A stretch of DNA of 64,000 bases from contig OZ024745.1 in NCBI GenBank assembly GCA_964016885.1, positions 44,082,001 to 44,146,000 of the forward strand. The letters run 5' to 3'. The position numbers and the translations under genes were made by a program. Source of the DNA: Eledone cirrhosa (Eukaryota). Below, in pieces: positions 1 through 12,210 of this stretch (its first letter is position 1; every line of letters starts with the position of its first letter). The notes under the pieces are model-generated. The model saw only the letters and a list, made by a program, of their open reading frames with translations. It ran no database searches and was not told where the DNA came from.

Positions 1-114
1 GTGACCACGTGGGGTGTGACAGCGGGTGGCCTCACTCCACTGCAATAGTAGACTTCTTTAAAGGCATGCGAGGGCTATGTGGAGGTGTGACAGCGGGTGG
101 CTTCACTTCACTGC

Positions 115-1330
115 AACACAGTCAAGTTCCTTTGTTTATATTGTTCTCCAATTTTCAGAGCCACCATAAGAAGTTCAGTTGGAAACTAATGATTATCTTT
201 ATCGCTGGGATCATCAGTTGGTAGTTCAAAATCCTAAACTCCTAGAAATGATTCAGTTTTAATCTGTCTATACTTTCTTAATAGCCTCAGTTAATAACAC
301 TGGCTCCACTGTTTGCTCTATTAGTTTATGACAATTTTCTTTGGGAATATTACCTTGTATGCCTGTTGCTGGTCCTAGCCTGACAGTGTGGATGTAACAA
401 TCAGAAAATTCACTCTCAGAATAACATCGATGGTGATATATAGCCAGCATTTACACATTCACCTCGTGTTCTGATAATAAAGTCAACATCTCCCAACGAA
501 TTCTTCCAAAATACTTTATGTATTTGTTAGTATGTATTCGTTTCTGATCTTCTCCGGCCATTTGATGTTGTAGATGTGCCTCAGACAGATGTTGAAGAAT
601 GTCTGGATCTTCTGCTGCATCTTCTTTGTTGTCCTCCAAGTTTCACATCCATACAGCAGTACTGCCTTCATGTTAGAGTTGAAGATGCGAAGTTTAGTCC
701 TTGCGCAGATCTCTTTTGATGCCCAGACGTTCTTTAGCATGATGAAAGCTACTCTTCCCTTGCCAATCCTGGCTGTGACATCTCAGTCGATTCCCCCACG
801 TTGATCAACCACACTCCCCAGGTAGACAAATGACTCCACCTCTCTGGTGGGCTCTCCACCAACTGTGACTGGTGTGTTGGCAGTGATGTTGATCTTCATC
901 AGCTCGGTTTCCTTCTAGTTTATTTTGAGTCCTGTCCCGGCTGACCTGTTCTCCAAGTGCGAGGACTTGTCCTGTATCTGGTCGTAACTGTGTGACAAGA
1001 AATATGGAAGGTACAAAATCAAATACCCAGATGATTTGCTAACTAAACTGATCACACTCCGATTGGTTTGTCGTTGAATCTGTAGTAGTGCAGATTTCCG
1101 GCGTTCTAACTCCCCGGACCATCACCTTATTCACTACTATCGGGACGGAATTGACCACCCGCATGACGTTGTAATAGCTATTCCAACGTGTCTCACTCGC
1201 CATCTTCTGGAGCAATGTTTTCTCCATTCTGTCCACCGGGATCACGAGGCGACCTACACATGGGCTCCCACACATCAGAGAATACTCCTCCACAACGTTG
1301 GGGCTCGCATGCTTCGGGTAGCGATGTTAT
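115..1330 (-). pseudogene. Possible decayed hAT-type transposase remnant interrupted by the RTE fragment
   Basis: ETRWNSYYNVM resembles the hAT TRWNS motif. Protein-like frames broken by stops continue on the other side of the LINE (ORFs 451..639 and 268..450 abut in one frame). Confidence 0.35.
535..998 (-). mobile_element. RTE-clade LINE fragment (C-terminal part of RT)
   Basis: Translates to LSHSYDQIQDK..V(E)SFVYLG..ARIGKGRVAF.MLKNVW..TKLRIFNSNMKAVLLYGCETW..CLRHIYNIKWPEKI, typical of RTE ORF2. Confidence 0.85.
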
Positions 1331-2169
1331 GACAGTACTAAATATTTTATTTCTCATATTTTCTCTCATAAAACATTTGCTTTATTCTAAAATAAGATGA
1401 AATAAAATAAAACTAAGCTGATGGATTTTTTTATAGTTGTTTCATTACACTCTCTTTAAAAATATGCATTATATATTTTATGCATATCCTAAGGTTTTCC
1501 CTGAAGATATTTATACCACCAACGGACTGTGTTGGCGGTAAATAAAGTCACACATCTGGCTTTAAAGAAGTATTTCAGCTGGGTGAATTACTTCCAGCTA
1601 TACCTAGCAACATTTGCAGAATACACAATTTTTATCGTGAAATCAATAAATATTTGCTTCATCACAAAACTAGAAAAAGACTAAATGACCTCACTTTACA
1701 CTCTAGCAAAAAAAAAAAAAAGAATGTGAATTTAGGCAATTGAAGCAACGAGGTTCATTCAAAGCATTTGGGAAATCTAAAGCATTAAAAGTGAAGTTCT
1801 TACGCTTAATCTGCATACATAGGCTATCTAGTATATAACGATATAATGTTAGCCGAGTGTTCTGCATTACTTCCCTTTAACCTAAGTCATTTATATCTTT
1901 GGTCTTTAATGTCACTTTCTCTGAACTCAGCAAAAGCCCACTTTTCAAATCTATGTTCTTCGAGACGTTTAACGTGTTGCAACATAACGCCTATCTTCTA
2001 GCAACAGTACAGAACATTATACGCTGTTCCTTGTAGCATATCACACAGAACATCAGTATATATAAATAGTTTAGAAAAAAATTTCAAACACCAAAATTTG
2101 TTTATATCTAAGTACAGATTTGTGACTCCTGGTGGAGTCGTAGGGGAGCCATAAGTGACATATAACGTG

Positions 2170-5100
2170 TCTGGAGTACTTGAAACCTGGCAGAGAAGCA
2201 CAGAGAGAAAGAGAATCGACCCTCAATATTTTATCGACCTTGAACGGATGAAAGGCAAATTTGGTCTCGGCAGGTTTTGAACAGAGCACAGAAAGCTAGA
2301 ACGAACACCGCAAAGCATTCTATCTGACATTCTAACGACTCTGCCAATTCACCGCGCGGAGTTCTGTTTATATATAGTCAAAATGGCTGCTGTCCGACTA
2401 CTGCTTTACAAAAGCCTGTTTCATGAAAGAATCGCTACAACTATGCCAACACAACATTCCATTGCACGAATTACACTGATAAAAAAATAAGCTTTAAAAA
2501 AATCACAAACTAATGTAACAGTTGTTGAGTTACTGGACCTCCATCGGTTCCGACGACGAGTATTCCAGTAGTTGGAACATTGGAACTGCCTACTTGTAAA
2601 ATTTACGCACAAGTGTCTGAGCATTCCACAAACACATGCACACTGAACGTAGTTCTCAGAGAGATTCACTGTGGAACAGTGTATGATACGGATGACCCTC
2701 TGAATTACAAGTACAGCAGTAATATTTTCCAACTGGGTGGATTGGGGCCTCGTGAAATAAAGTGTCTTACTCAAGGACACTATGTTTCGCTGGGAATCGG
2801 ACTTACGACCCTAACTATTAAGCTTCGTTCCTTCTGGCATATAAAACACACAAGAAGGCATGAAAATCATGGAAGTTCGTGAGTGTATCAACATACAACT
2901 CTCCAGACTAAACTGTTCTCGCCAACTACTGTAAACAACAGCTGATGTTGTTACGTCAATAACCCCAGAATTTGACCTGATTCAATTTTTCGGGGTGTCT
3001 ATTATTAGATTTGAAAATGGAGGTGGATCGGCAAAATTGTTAGAGCGTCGGACAAAATGCTTGGCGGTACTTAGTTGCAGCCATTTATGATCTGAGTTCA
3101 AATCACACCAAGGACAACTTTGTCTTTCATCTTACTGGGATCGATAAATAAAATATCAGTCAAGCACTAAGATCGACTTTCCCTCCCACCCCAAATTGCT
3201 AGCCTTGTACCTAAATTAGAAATTATTATTAGATTTGAAAAGGGTGCTAGATTGGCAAAATTATTAGGGCGTCAGACAAAACGGAATTTAAAGGGAAGGG
3301 GAAAGTCGATTAAATAGACCCCAGTACATTACTGGTACTTTATTTTATCGACCACGTAAGGATGAAAGGCAAAGTTAAACTCGGCGAGATTTTAACCCAG
3401 ACCGTAAAGGGCCATAACTCTATGCAGAAAAGCATGGCGTCCGACGCTCTACCGATTCTGGCAATCCACCGCCCTGTTGAAATACTCTTGTATATTTACT
3501 GGTGTTATTGTTGGTGTCGTTTTTGCAGTTGTTATTGTGAACTCTACAAATTTCATGGGATTGAGATTACCATTGAAAAAAAAAAAAATGTTTTCTGACA
3601 TTGATTCAAAGTGTTACTTATTGGTGGATGACATAGTTAATAGAATCGATCTTAACATATTACTGCCTGTCTTTCAAGAATGACGACATGTACCGTCCTA
3701 GTGTGATTTGAACCTAGAACAACACAATAAGCTCCCGCTTCTACTAATTCGTTCGTTTTTAACCAGTAACTACTAATGATGTCGTAGGGGCGCCTCTGTG
3801 ACATACGCCGCCGCTTCTTAGGTATTTTTTAAAATCTGGTCAAGTCCATCGCTCCAGGTCTGAACACAGCCGATTTCTTCAAGAGAAGGATAGAGTAAGT
3901 GAGAAAGAGATATAGAGGTAGAATCGGCCCTAGTACTGGACTGGTACTTTTTTATCGACCTCAAAAAAGATGAAAAGTAAAGTTGACCTCGGCAGAACCA
4001 ATACCGCAAAGCATTCTATCCAACGTTCTAACGCCGCATATTTCTAATAATTGCCACCAGCGAATAAAATGCTTTTTGTATTTCTAACTATAGAACCGCA
4101 GAAGGTGTAGAAATATCATGAAAATTATATATTAAACTGACCTTTTCGACAAAAACAGTTTGTTGTAATTCTTGAGATGATTTTATTTACTACAGTATTC
4201 GTAATTCTAAATGAGGATATATCAGTTCAAATTGAGAATAGCTATTTCAAAGTAGGTACATATCTGATCAAAAGTGAGAATAGAGATTTCATAGTGAGCT
4301 CGTATCATTTGAACCAGGGGTTCTCAACCTTTTTTTCGCTGTGGACCACCAAAATAAGTAATTTTTTTCCTGTGGACCACCTAAACTTTTAAATCTTTTG
4401 TAATAGAACTGCCAGAGACATTCTAACCACATGCCCATAGTATCAGAGCTGTGATCTCGAAATTTTCAAATATAATGGACATGTGTGTAATTAAACAAAA
4501 TATTACATTAGTTACATTTTTGTGAAATGGCTACAGTTTTTTTATGGCTACGAATTCTCTGCGGACCACTAGAAATGCTATGTGGACCATCAGTGGTCTA
4601 CCTGGACCACGTTGAGAATCACTGATTTGAACAAATCCTAAACTTATTTTAATTAGCCAAGAAAACAATGTTACTTCTCATAGAGAAAATCTAGAAAAGG
4701 AAATTTTATCAGCTGGAGAGCATAATATAAACAAAACAACGGAAAGTTCGCTCTTTTTTAATCACAACTATAATAGCTCATTTTCAATCAAATAATTGTA
4801 ATTGTAAAATCTGACTGAAATTACGGCTTCTAAAATCAAAACATGAAGGTATTTTTTTTTATTAACAGAGCAGCATCTAATCTTTATCCTTTAGACAATG
4901 TCTTTGTAATGCCTAAACAAACAGCATCAAGTGAACATTGAACAAAATAGACACAATTGTTTCCATGCTGCTCGCAGTCGGTTTATAGATCGTGGATCGG
5001 CTACATTGCCGTACTTGTACTCAGTGCTGGATTTAGGACAAATGAGGCCCTGTGCTAATTAAGTTATGAGGCCCCACACTTCGGCCCTGAAGGAGGTAAT

Positions 5101-6145
5101 TCATCGTAAAAAATGTGTTTGGCAGGAAGATGCCCTTCCCCCACCAGCCAACTGAGCCCTGTGCTTAAGCCACACATAAGCACAATGATAAATCCACATT
5201 GCTTGCACTTGTCATATCTTAGTACAACCACATGATTTTTTTTTTTTTGCCACATTATTTGGTTGATAAAAGCAGACAAGTTCATTGTCGACATTACAAA
5301 TGATATTACCATGTTATTTTGTTATTTTTATCCTCCCTGTTGGTCTCACGAAATATCACTCAAATATTTTTGTGTTAATCTCATTTTGAAATCGTTATTC
5401 CCACTTTTAAATCGTAAAGTCTCGTTTTGAAACCCTCAATCCCACTTTCAATTAGTAATTTATCTCTTTGGACTGATAAGAGATCTCTTTGGACTGATAC
5501 TATTGTCAGTCTTTCCGAACGTGTTTAATCAAAACATTCTATAATAATTTAACAAAAAATATTTTAAAATGGGGTTTGATAATTCAAATGTTTGTAGTAT
5601 CTTTACTAGTGGGCAGATTGTTGAGAAAATTTGCCGTATAAAAGACTTTATTTTTTAATGTGATGCAGTCGTGTTTTGTATTTGTTTACCTTTCTTTCTT
5701 ACTAAAGCGGTATAGGATGTTAAGAGTTAAAGTTCCTAAAAAAAAATAATGGTGATATCCAATTCTATTTTGGTTCTTTCACCAGTGCAACAGACACTTG
5801 AATTGGCAGTATCGGTAGAGGGTCGGACGCCATGCTTTCCAGCATAGTTACGTCCCTTTACGCTCTGAGTTCAAATCCCGTCGAGGTTAACTTTTCCTTT
5901 CATCCTTACGGGGTCGATAAAATAAAGTACCAGTAATGTACTGAGTGATTGCTGGCCTTGTGCCAAAAGTAGAAACGACTATGATAGTTACCTCCCTTTA
6001 CGTTCTGAGTTCTAATCCTGCCAAGGTTAACTTTGCCTTTCATCCTTACTAGGTCGACAAAACAAAGCACCAGGAATGTACTGGGTCGATGTAATCGACT
6101 TCCTCTACCCCAAAATTATTTTTGTACCTAAATCAGAAACCATTA
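2170..6145. mobile_element. Cluster of tRNA-derived SINE 'type A' copies: ~2170-2355(-), 3020-3230(+), 3290-3475(-), 3920-4035(-), 5800-6145(+, partly duplicated)
   Basis: A-box-like tggcagaatcggtagagc, B-box gagttcaaatcc, and conserved core aactttgcctttcatcctt..ggggtcgataaaataaagtaccagt. From memory the core resembles the Meta/MESC-type SINE central domain; the family name is unverified. Confidence 0.8.
4315..4624. mobile_element. hAT-superfamily (Charlie-like) MITE with intact 8-bp target-site duplication
   Basis: Termini caggggttctcaac ... gttgagaatcactg. The identical 8-mer ATTTGAAC lies at 4307-4314 and 4625-4632. Internal gtggacca repeats. Confidence 0.9.
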
Positions 6146-6699
6146 AAACATGTTACACCGAAGCCACTTTAGTGCCACTATATATCATTCATATCACCAA
6201 CACTCCACAGAATTTCACGTTTCATAACGTTATGTCAAATTACTTCTCGACATTGATTCAAGTCTTTATGTATATCACCAGTTAAATAGAAGACACAAGA
6301 GGTACTCAGTAATTTACTAATTGTGATCTATATCTTCTACCAACGACAGCCTTCACTACATCTAACAATTAGATAATCAAAGCATCTGGCAACCATTACC
6401 AACGATATTATCAAAATTATTAGTAAAAATAGAAAGAATTACTATACACATTTACCTCCTTACAATTAACTTAAAACACACATACACACACGTTGTAATA
6501 TAGTATACCAAGCCATAGTGTACCATATCGTATGATACACTATATTGTATCGTGGACATCACAATACCATCTTCACATATCAACAAAAAATACTAAAACT
6601 ACAGCCGTCAATCGAGTATGATTTGGTAAGTATGTACAACGCTTTCATTAAGGTGTTAGAGTTGCCCTTGCAGTCACGAGCAGACAGTGTCATATACCA

Positions 6700-6930
6700 T
6701 AGATGTCACTGTTACATGTAGTACATAAGTTACTGTTACATGTAGTACATAAGTTAGTCACATGTAGTACAGATGTCACTGTTACATGTAGTACATAAGT
6801 CACTGTCTTATGTATAACAGATATCACTGTTTCATGTATAACAGATATCACTGTTTCATGTATAACAGATGTCACTGTTTCATCTATAACAGATGTCACT
6901 GTCTCATGTATAACAGGCGCCAGTTTCATA
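6700..6930. repeat. Minisatellite, 24-bp unit (cagatgtcactgtttcatgtataa), about 9 copies
   Basis: Direct tandem units are visible. They explain the spurious periodic ORFs 6690..6929 and 6810..7031. Confidence 0.9.
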
Positions 6931-7737
6931 TATTACAAATGGATTATATACTACATATGTCAGTATGTAGTTATACATGTTACAGTAGCATGCACGACAC
7001 ATGTCCTTCCTTAGCTTACTTCAATCTCTGAAAGAAAAACAAATTCACAACAGTAAGTCATTTATGTAGAATGAACAAACCAATCAGTGTGACTATATAA
7101 GTGTTGGTAATATGTATGTATAAATAGATAGGCCGACAAAAGTCTCAACAGTTTTGGTATTTGAATACTATTTCCACTGCTACCACTACTGTTAACAACA
7201 ACAATAACAACATAACGCCAACAACAGCAACATCATCAATAACATTGACCAATTTACATCACTTGACACTTCCTTTCATTAGCAGGCTTTGAGTTATTTT
7301 TATCTATTTTTTATACACAAGCCTCACTAAATTCCTCCCCTTCAAGATCCTATACAACCTTTAACTCATTTCCATCGTCTCTAGTTTCAACTGTAAGTTG
7401 TTGTTCTTGATACTGTTGTATATTTTTTTCCTTCACTTCCCATATAATAACTGTGCCGCTTCTATTTCCCAAAACCGACTCGTATCCTAATCAAACTGTT
7501 TACTCTAAACTGACGGTCTAAATTCATTTTACACGTTTCATGAACTTACGGGCTAAGATAAAGAGACAGACAGACAGACACAGAGAAATAGAGAGGGGTG
7601 GAGTAATAAGCAAGCGACAGAGGGGGGGGGGGGGTAGTGAGAGTTGGTTGTTGCTTGAAACATCTTTTAAATGTTACCATTGTCCACTGCTGTGATATTT
7701 TAACATATTTCCATTATTATTATTCTATTTTGAATAA

Positions 7738-7835
7738 TTTACAATGTATATATATATATATATATATATATACATTGTAAAGAAAAAAAAAATGTGTATA
7801 ATATATATATATATTATACACATTTTTTTTTCTTT
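7738..7835. repeat. Two abutting palindromes, each centred on (TA)n
   Basis: tttacaatg(ta)n cattgtaaa, immediately followed by aaag a(10) tgtgtataa(ta)n ttatacaca t(9) cttt. Confidence 0.85.
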
Positions 7836-9494
7836 TAATATGATTTCCTCTCTATCTCTGTCAAGCAAATACCTACTTCTAAATGGTAGGTCATTCTTGT
7901 AAGAATGTCAAAATAGTAACACAGAGCCAGAAAATGTGTTAGCTTGTGACTGAGTAAAGGAGTAAAAATGATAGTGGTTGGGGTGGAGGTGAAGGAGAGA
8001 TAGATATTCTATTATAATTCCATTTACATCTATGGATGCTTTATATAAGAATATTAAGTCGACATCAGTATTTGACTGCTATTATATTTTATCGACCCTG
8101 GATGGATGAAAGGCAAAGTTGATCTAGGCGAGTTTTGAAACCAGAACATAAAGAGACGTTTCTCTGACTTTCTATCGATTCTGCCAATTTAGATCAAGCT
8201 AAATAACTAGATGTAGAGAGATGTTGATAGAATAGAATTGACAGACAAAGGGTCAGACTAGATAGAATAGAATAAATAGACAGACAGACTAGATAGAAAG
8301 AGTTAGGTAGAGATCTTTCTTTATTTATTTTATTAGATAGATAGACAGGCAGTCAGACCAATGGATAGATAGATAGATTAGAATAGACAGACACACAGAC
8401 AGATTCTAAAAAAAAGAATGAGGTTGAAAACATGTTTACACGCGTATTGTCTGCTGTATGTTATGCATGTGTGCGGGTGCGGCTCAGTGTGTGTGTGTTA
8501 CTGCGGTGAAAGTAACTGACACCAAAACAATATTAGTTGTGGACATAAGCTTTGTTTGATCCACGATTCCGACGTGAGTTCTAATATTGCTGGAATGCAT
8601 ACTATTTTGCCCCTTGTTCAAATGTTATTATTGTGATCCTACTTCCATTTCTCTAAAATATAGAGCCATATACCTAGACAAATAGAAGCCAATATTTTTT
8701 ATAACAATAAATTCAAAAAAGACTTGCCAGCCACTTGTTATCAGAGTTTCCATTACAGTTTCATGATTAGAGGGGCTTAAGTATATATACTGTACATGTG
8801 TATTATTATTATTAGCTCACGCCATTTTATCACCAATGCGAGACTAAGAAAGAAATTAAAAATATTATCATACTAACATATTTAGAATCAATAGAGTTTT
8901 AACTAACAAAACTTTAACATCATTCAACAAGTTTCCACATTATTGGAGGGACTTAAGCCCCAAAAGTCCCTTAGCGCCAGAAAACTTGGTTGTACAATGT
9001 TTTGGCTTGTAAAACATCACTCGGTGGTTATTGTTTAGTTTCATTTCTCATTGAACAAATCTATGGATCAAACGCGTTCCAGCCGTAACCATCATTTTTT
9101 TTTCGGTAAAGTATATCGAAGATTACATTATCCAAGATGTCAGTTTTCTTTAATGGCAGTAGGGTGTGATTTGAGGAAAATTTGTCGATTAATTCTAGTA
9201 GAGCATACAACCACTGAGTGGTTCTCACATTGAGTTTTCTGCCTTCTGGGTTTGATTCGAGTGGCGGTGGTGATAGTAGTTGTGTGTGTGGGGGGGGGGG
9301 TAGTGGGATGGGGGTGGCAGTGATGGTGGTGGTTGTGTTAAACTGGCAACAGAAGTCTACCATCCAAAACAGATACACTCCATCTGATGGGTTTCTATAG
9401 TTTCATCACCAATTTCATTCACAAGACTTGATAGTTTCTCTGCCTTTTTTAAAATAAATATTTTCATGGGGATTGTTCTGATCAACTTTCTTCT

Positions 9495-9800
9495 TTGTTG
9501 CCTCGTAATCACAAGTTTAAACAGTGTACCAGATTTATGGCTAGGTCTCATCCATTTACAGTTGAAATTCCTAAATGCAATCACAAATTCTATTCTGATA
9601 GTTTCTTCTCTCACACATCTCACCTATGGAATTCTCTTCTAGCTTCTTGCTTTCCTGACCACTACAATTTGCAAAAATTCAAAAGCAACATCAATCGTCA
9701 TCTTTTCTCTCCTTTAATTATGTTCTCTCTGTCTTGTCCTTCCTTCTCAATAACCCTTGTATTTTAGAGGTTTATTGCCTTGTTTGGGGTGGGTAAACAA
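9495..9800 (+). mobile_element. CR1/Jockey-group LINE 3' end fragment
   Basis: SHPFTVEIPKC..YSDSFFSHTSHLWNSL..FPDHYNLQKFKSNINRHL is a typical ORF2 C-terminus, followed by an A-rich tail. Confidence 0.7.
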
Positions 9801-10000
9801 AAACAAACAACAAAACCTATAGGAGACACTTGCCTAATGAGTTGTAAAGTGGGATCAAACCCATAACGCTTTGTTTACAAAGTGAACTTCTTAACCACTC
9901 AACCATATCCATGTCACACCTGGAAATGAAAAATGATATGGTCACAGATGAAATTATAGGTCAGTCTAATCAGACTGACCTGGAACTTATTAATCAATCA

Positions 10001-10079
10001 ACTAGATATAAACTTTAATGAGGTATAACCTGTGCAATCTACTGGATATAAACTTTAATGAGGTATAACCTGTGCAATC
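10001..10079. repeat. 40-bp tandem duplication
   Basis: act(a/g)gatataaactttaatgaggtataacctgtgcaatc occurs twice. Confidence 0.9.
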
Positions 10080-11419
10080 CACCCTAGTATAATGAGTGTG
10101 TTAGACCTCTGCCGATTCTGTAGAAGAGTGTTCCAGTTGTTTGAACAACACAAGTGCCTACTTGGAGATTCAGCACGACACAGTGTGTGACAATGGCTGG
10201 CTCTTTGAATTACAGGTACAAATCATTTTTGCCAGCTGAGTGAACTGCAACAATGTGAAATAAAATGTCATGCTCAAGGACATAACACACTGCTGGGAAT
10301 TAATACATGACCTTCTTACAGCTGTAAGCCAAATATCCTAACCACCAAGCTACGTTTCTTCATCTCCTCACTTCCCCAGTACAATATTGATATTTATTTT
10401 AGTGAATTGAAAGTCAATGTTAAATTCAGAATGTAAATGTACAAAACTAAATAACCGTTTTTGTCAACTTGCAGCCCTTGGTTTCCAAGATAATATAATA
10501 ATAATGGTTTCTAATTTAGGTACAAGGCCAGTAATTTGTGAAGCAAGAAAAGTTGATTATATCAACCTCAGTACTTTACTGGTACTTTATTTTATCGGCC
10601 CTGGAAGGATGAAAGACAAAGTTGACTTCGGAGAGATTTGAACTCAGAGCATAAAGGACCATAACTAAACTCTACAAACCATTTTGTCCGCTGCTCTACT
10701 GATAATGCCAATCCACTGCCTTTAATATAATTGTTTCTACATTTGGCACAAGGCCAGTAATTTGAAGGGAAGAGGAAGACGGTTAAATCGACCCCAGTAC
10801 ATTACTGGTGGTTTATTTTATTGACCTTGTAAGGGTAAAAGGCAAAGCTAACTTCAGTGGGATTTGAACTCAGAATGTAAAGGGCTGTAACTCTATGCCA
10901 CAAAGCACATTATCCGACGCTCTACCGCCTTTAATAATGACTAAAGTTTAGAACTGAAGTAGAATAAATCAGGCTACTACAGTTGCAAGTAACTTCAATG
11001 TAATCAATACGTTTACCAACCTTGGTATGTTCAGTTAATACAACACGCCCTGATAACAACATACCAAACTGACAGGTATCTTTTTACTAAGGCAATATCA
11101 TATAAAGTATGTTTCACTTAATTCTCATTATAGCCACTATTTTATTAAGCAAATAGCATTTTATAACCAGAAATTTATTTGTCACCAAGTGTTTCCACAA
11201 TAGTTTCTACTATGTGTTGTTGTTGTTGGTGGTGGTGGTGGTGGTAACAACATCAACAACAAAAACATAGCTTCAATGCTATTGATTTCTTGTGCTTAAT
11301 TTGCTCCAATCTGCAACTAACTGCTCCTAGTTTCATTCATATAATAAACAACACATTACAGAGTAACTACATCCTACCAATCAAATGTAAGACATATCTA
11401 AAAGAACATAAACCATTCA

Positions 11420-11652
11420 TATATAACACAGAGCATGTACATATAATACAGAGCATGTACATATAACATGTAACATACATGGACATGTAACACAGAGCAT
11501 ATAGATGTAACATGGGTCATGGACATGTAACACTGGGCATGTACGTAACATAAGCCATGGACATGTAACACTGCGCATGTACATGTAACAGGGCATGGAC
11601 CTGTAACACAGGTCATAGACATGTAACATGTAACAGGGCATGGACATGTAAT
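11420..11652. repeat. Degenerate minisatellite (acatgtaacacagrgcatgg, ~18-21 bp)
   Basis: About 11 tandem variants. Confidence 0.85.
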
Positions 11653-12024
11653 ATTTGTGTCACTGGCACCAACAAATGATTAATATAATTTATATCTCTC
11701 TAGGGTGGTGGATTGGCAGTATCGGTAGAGAGTCGGATCTGCTTTATGGCATAGGGTTACACCACTTTATGATCGGAGTTCAGCTTTACCTTTCATCCTT
11801 ATAGGGTCAATACAATAAAGTACCAGCAATGCACTAGAGTCAATTTAATCGCCTTTCCCCTCCCCCCAAATCGTTGGCTTTGTGTCTAAACCAGAAGCCA
11901 TTGTATAATATACACCTCTCTAAAACCCAGCTCTCATACTATTACTAATACTTTAACATCAACATTATCAATTACAACAGCCAGAGATCTTTGTTTAATA
12001 TAAAAAAAAAAACTGTGCAGCCAT

Positions 12025-12210
12025 ATTATTGACTACACGTTGCAGACTAACATGTAGGGAACCTGAGTGGTTGTGTTGTGTAGCATCGTTGACATATTAC
12101 AGACTGACATGTGGTGAGTTGAGTAGCATTGTTGACTACATGTTACAGACTCACATGTGGTGAGTTGTGCAGTATTGTTGACTCATGTTACACATTGACA
12201 TGTGGTGAGC
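12025..12210. repeat. Degenerate ~47-bp tandem repeat (gcattgttgactacatgttacagactgacatgtggtgagttg), about 4 copies
   Basis: Direct repeats are visible. Confidence 0.75.

Noticed and set aside
1000-1333. Plus-strand frame with an internal TGA as a possible selenoprotein or read-through exon
   Set aside because: There is no known selenoprotein motif or visible SECIS. It is more simply the antisense shadow of the minus-strand transposase-like frame.
5022-5170. cagtgctggattta... with gaggccc repeats as a full hAT element
   Set aside because: Only one plausible terminus was found, with no matching right TIR or TSD.
8527-8589. Small stem-loop as a miRNA or snoRNA
   Set aside because: The stems are short with a large asymmetric bulge, and I recognise no mature miRNA or snoRNA boxes.
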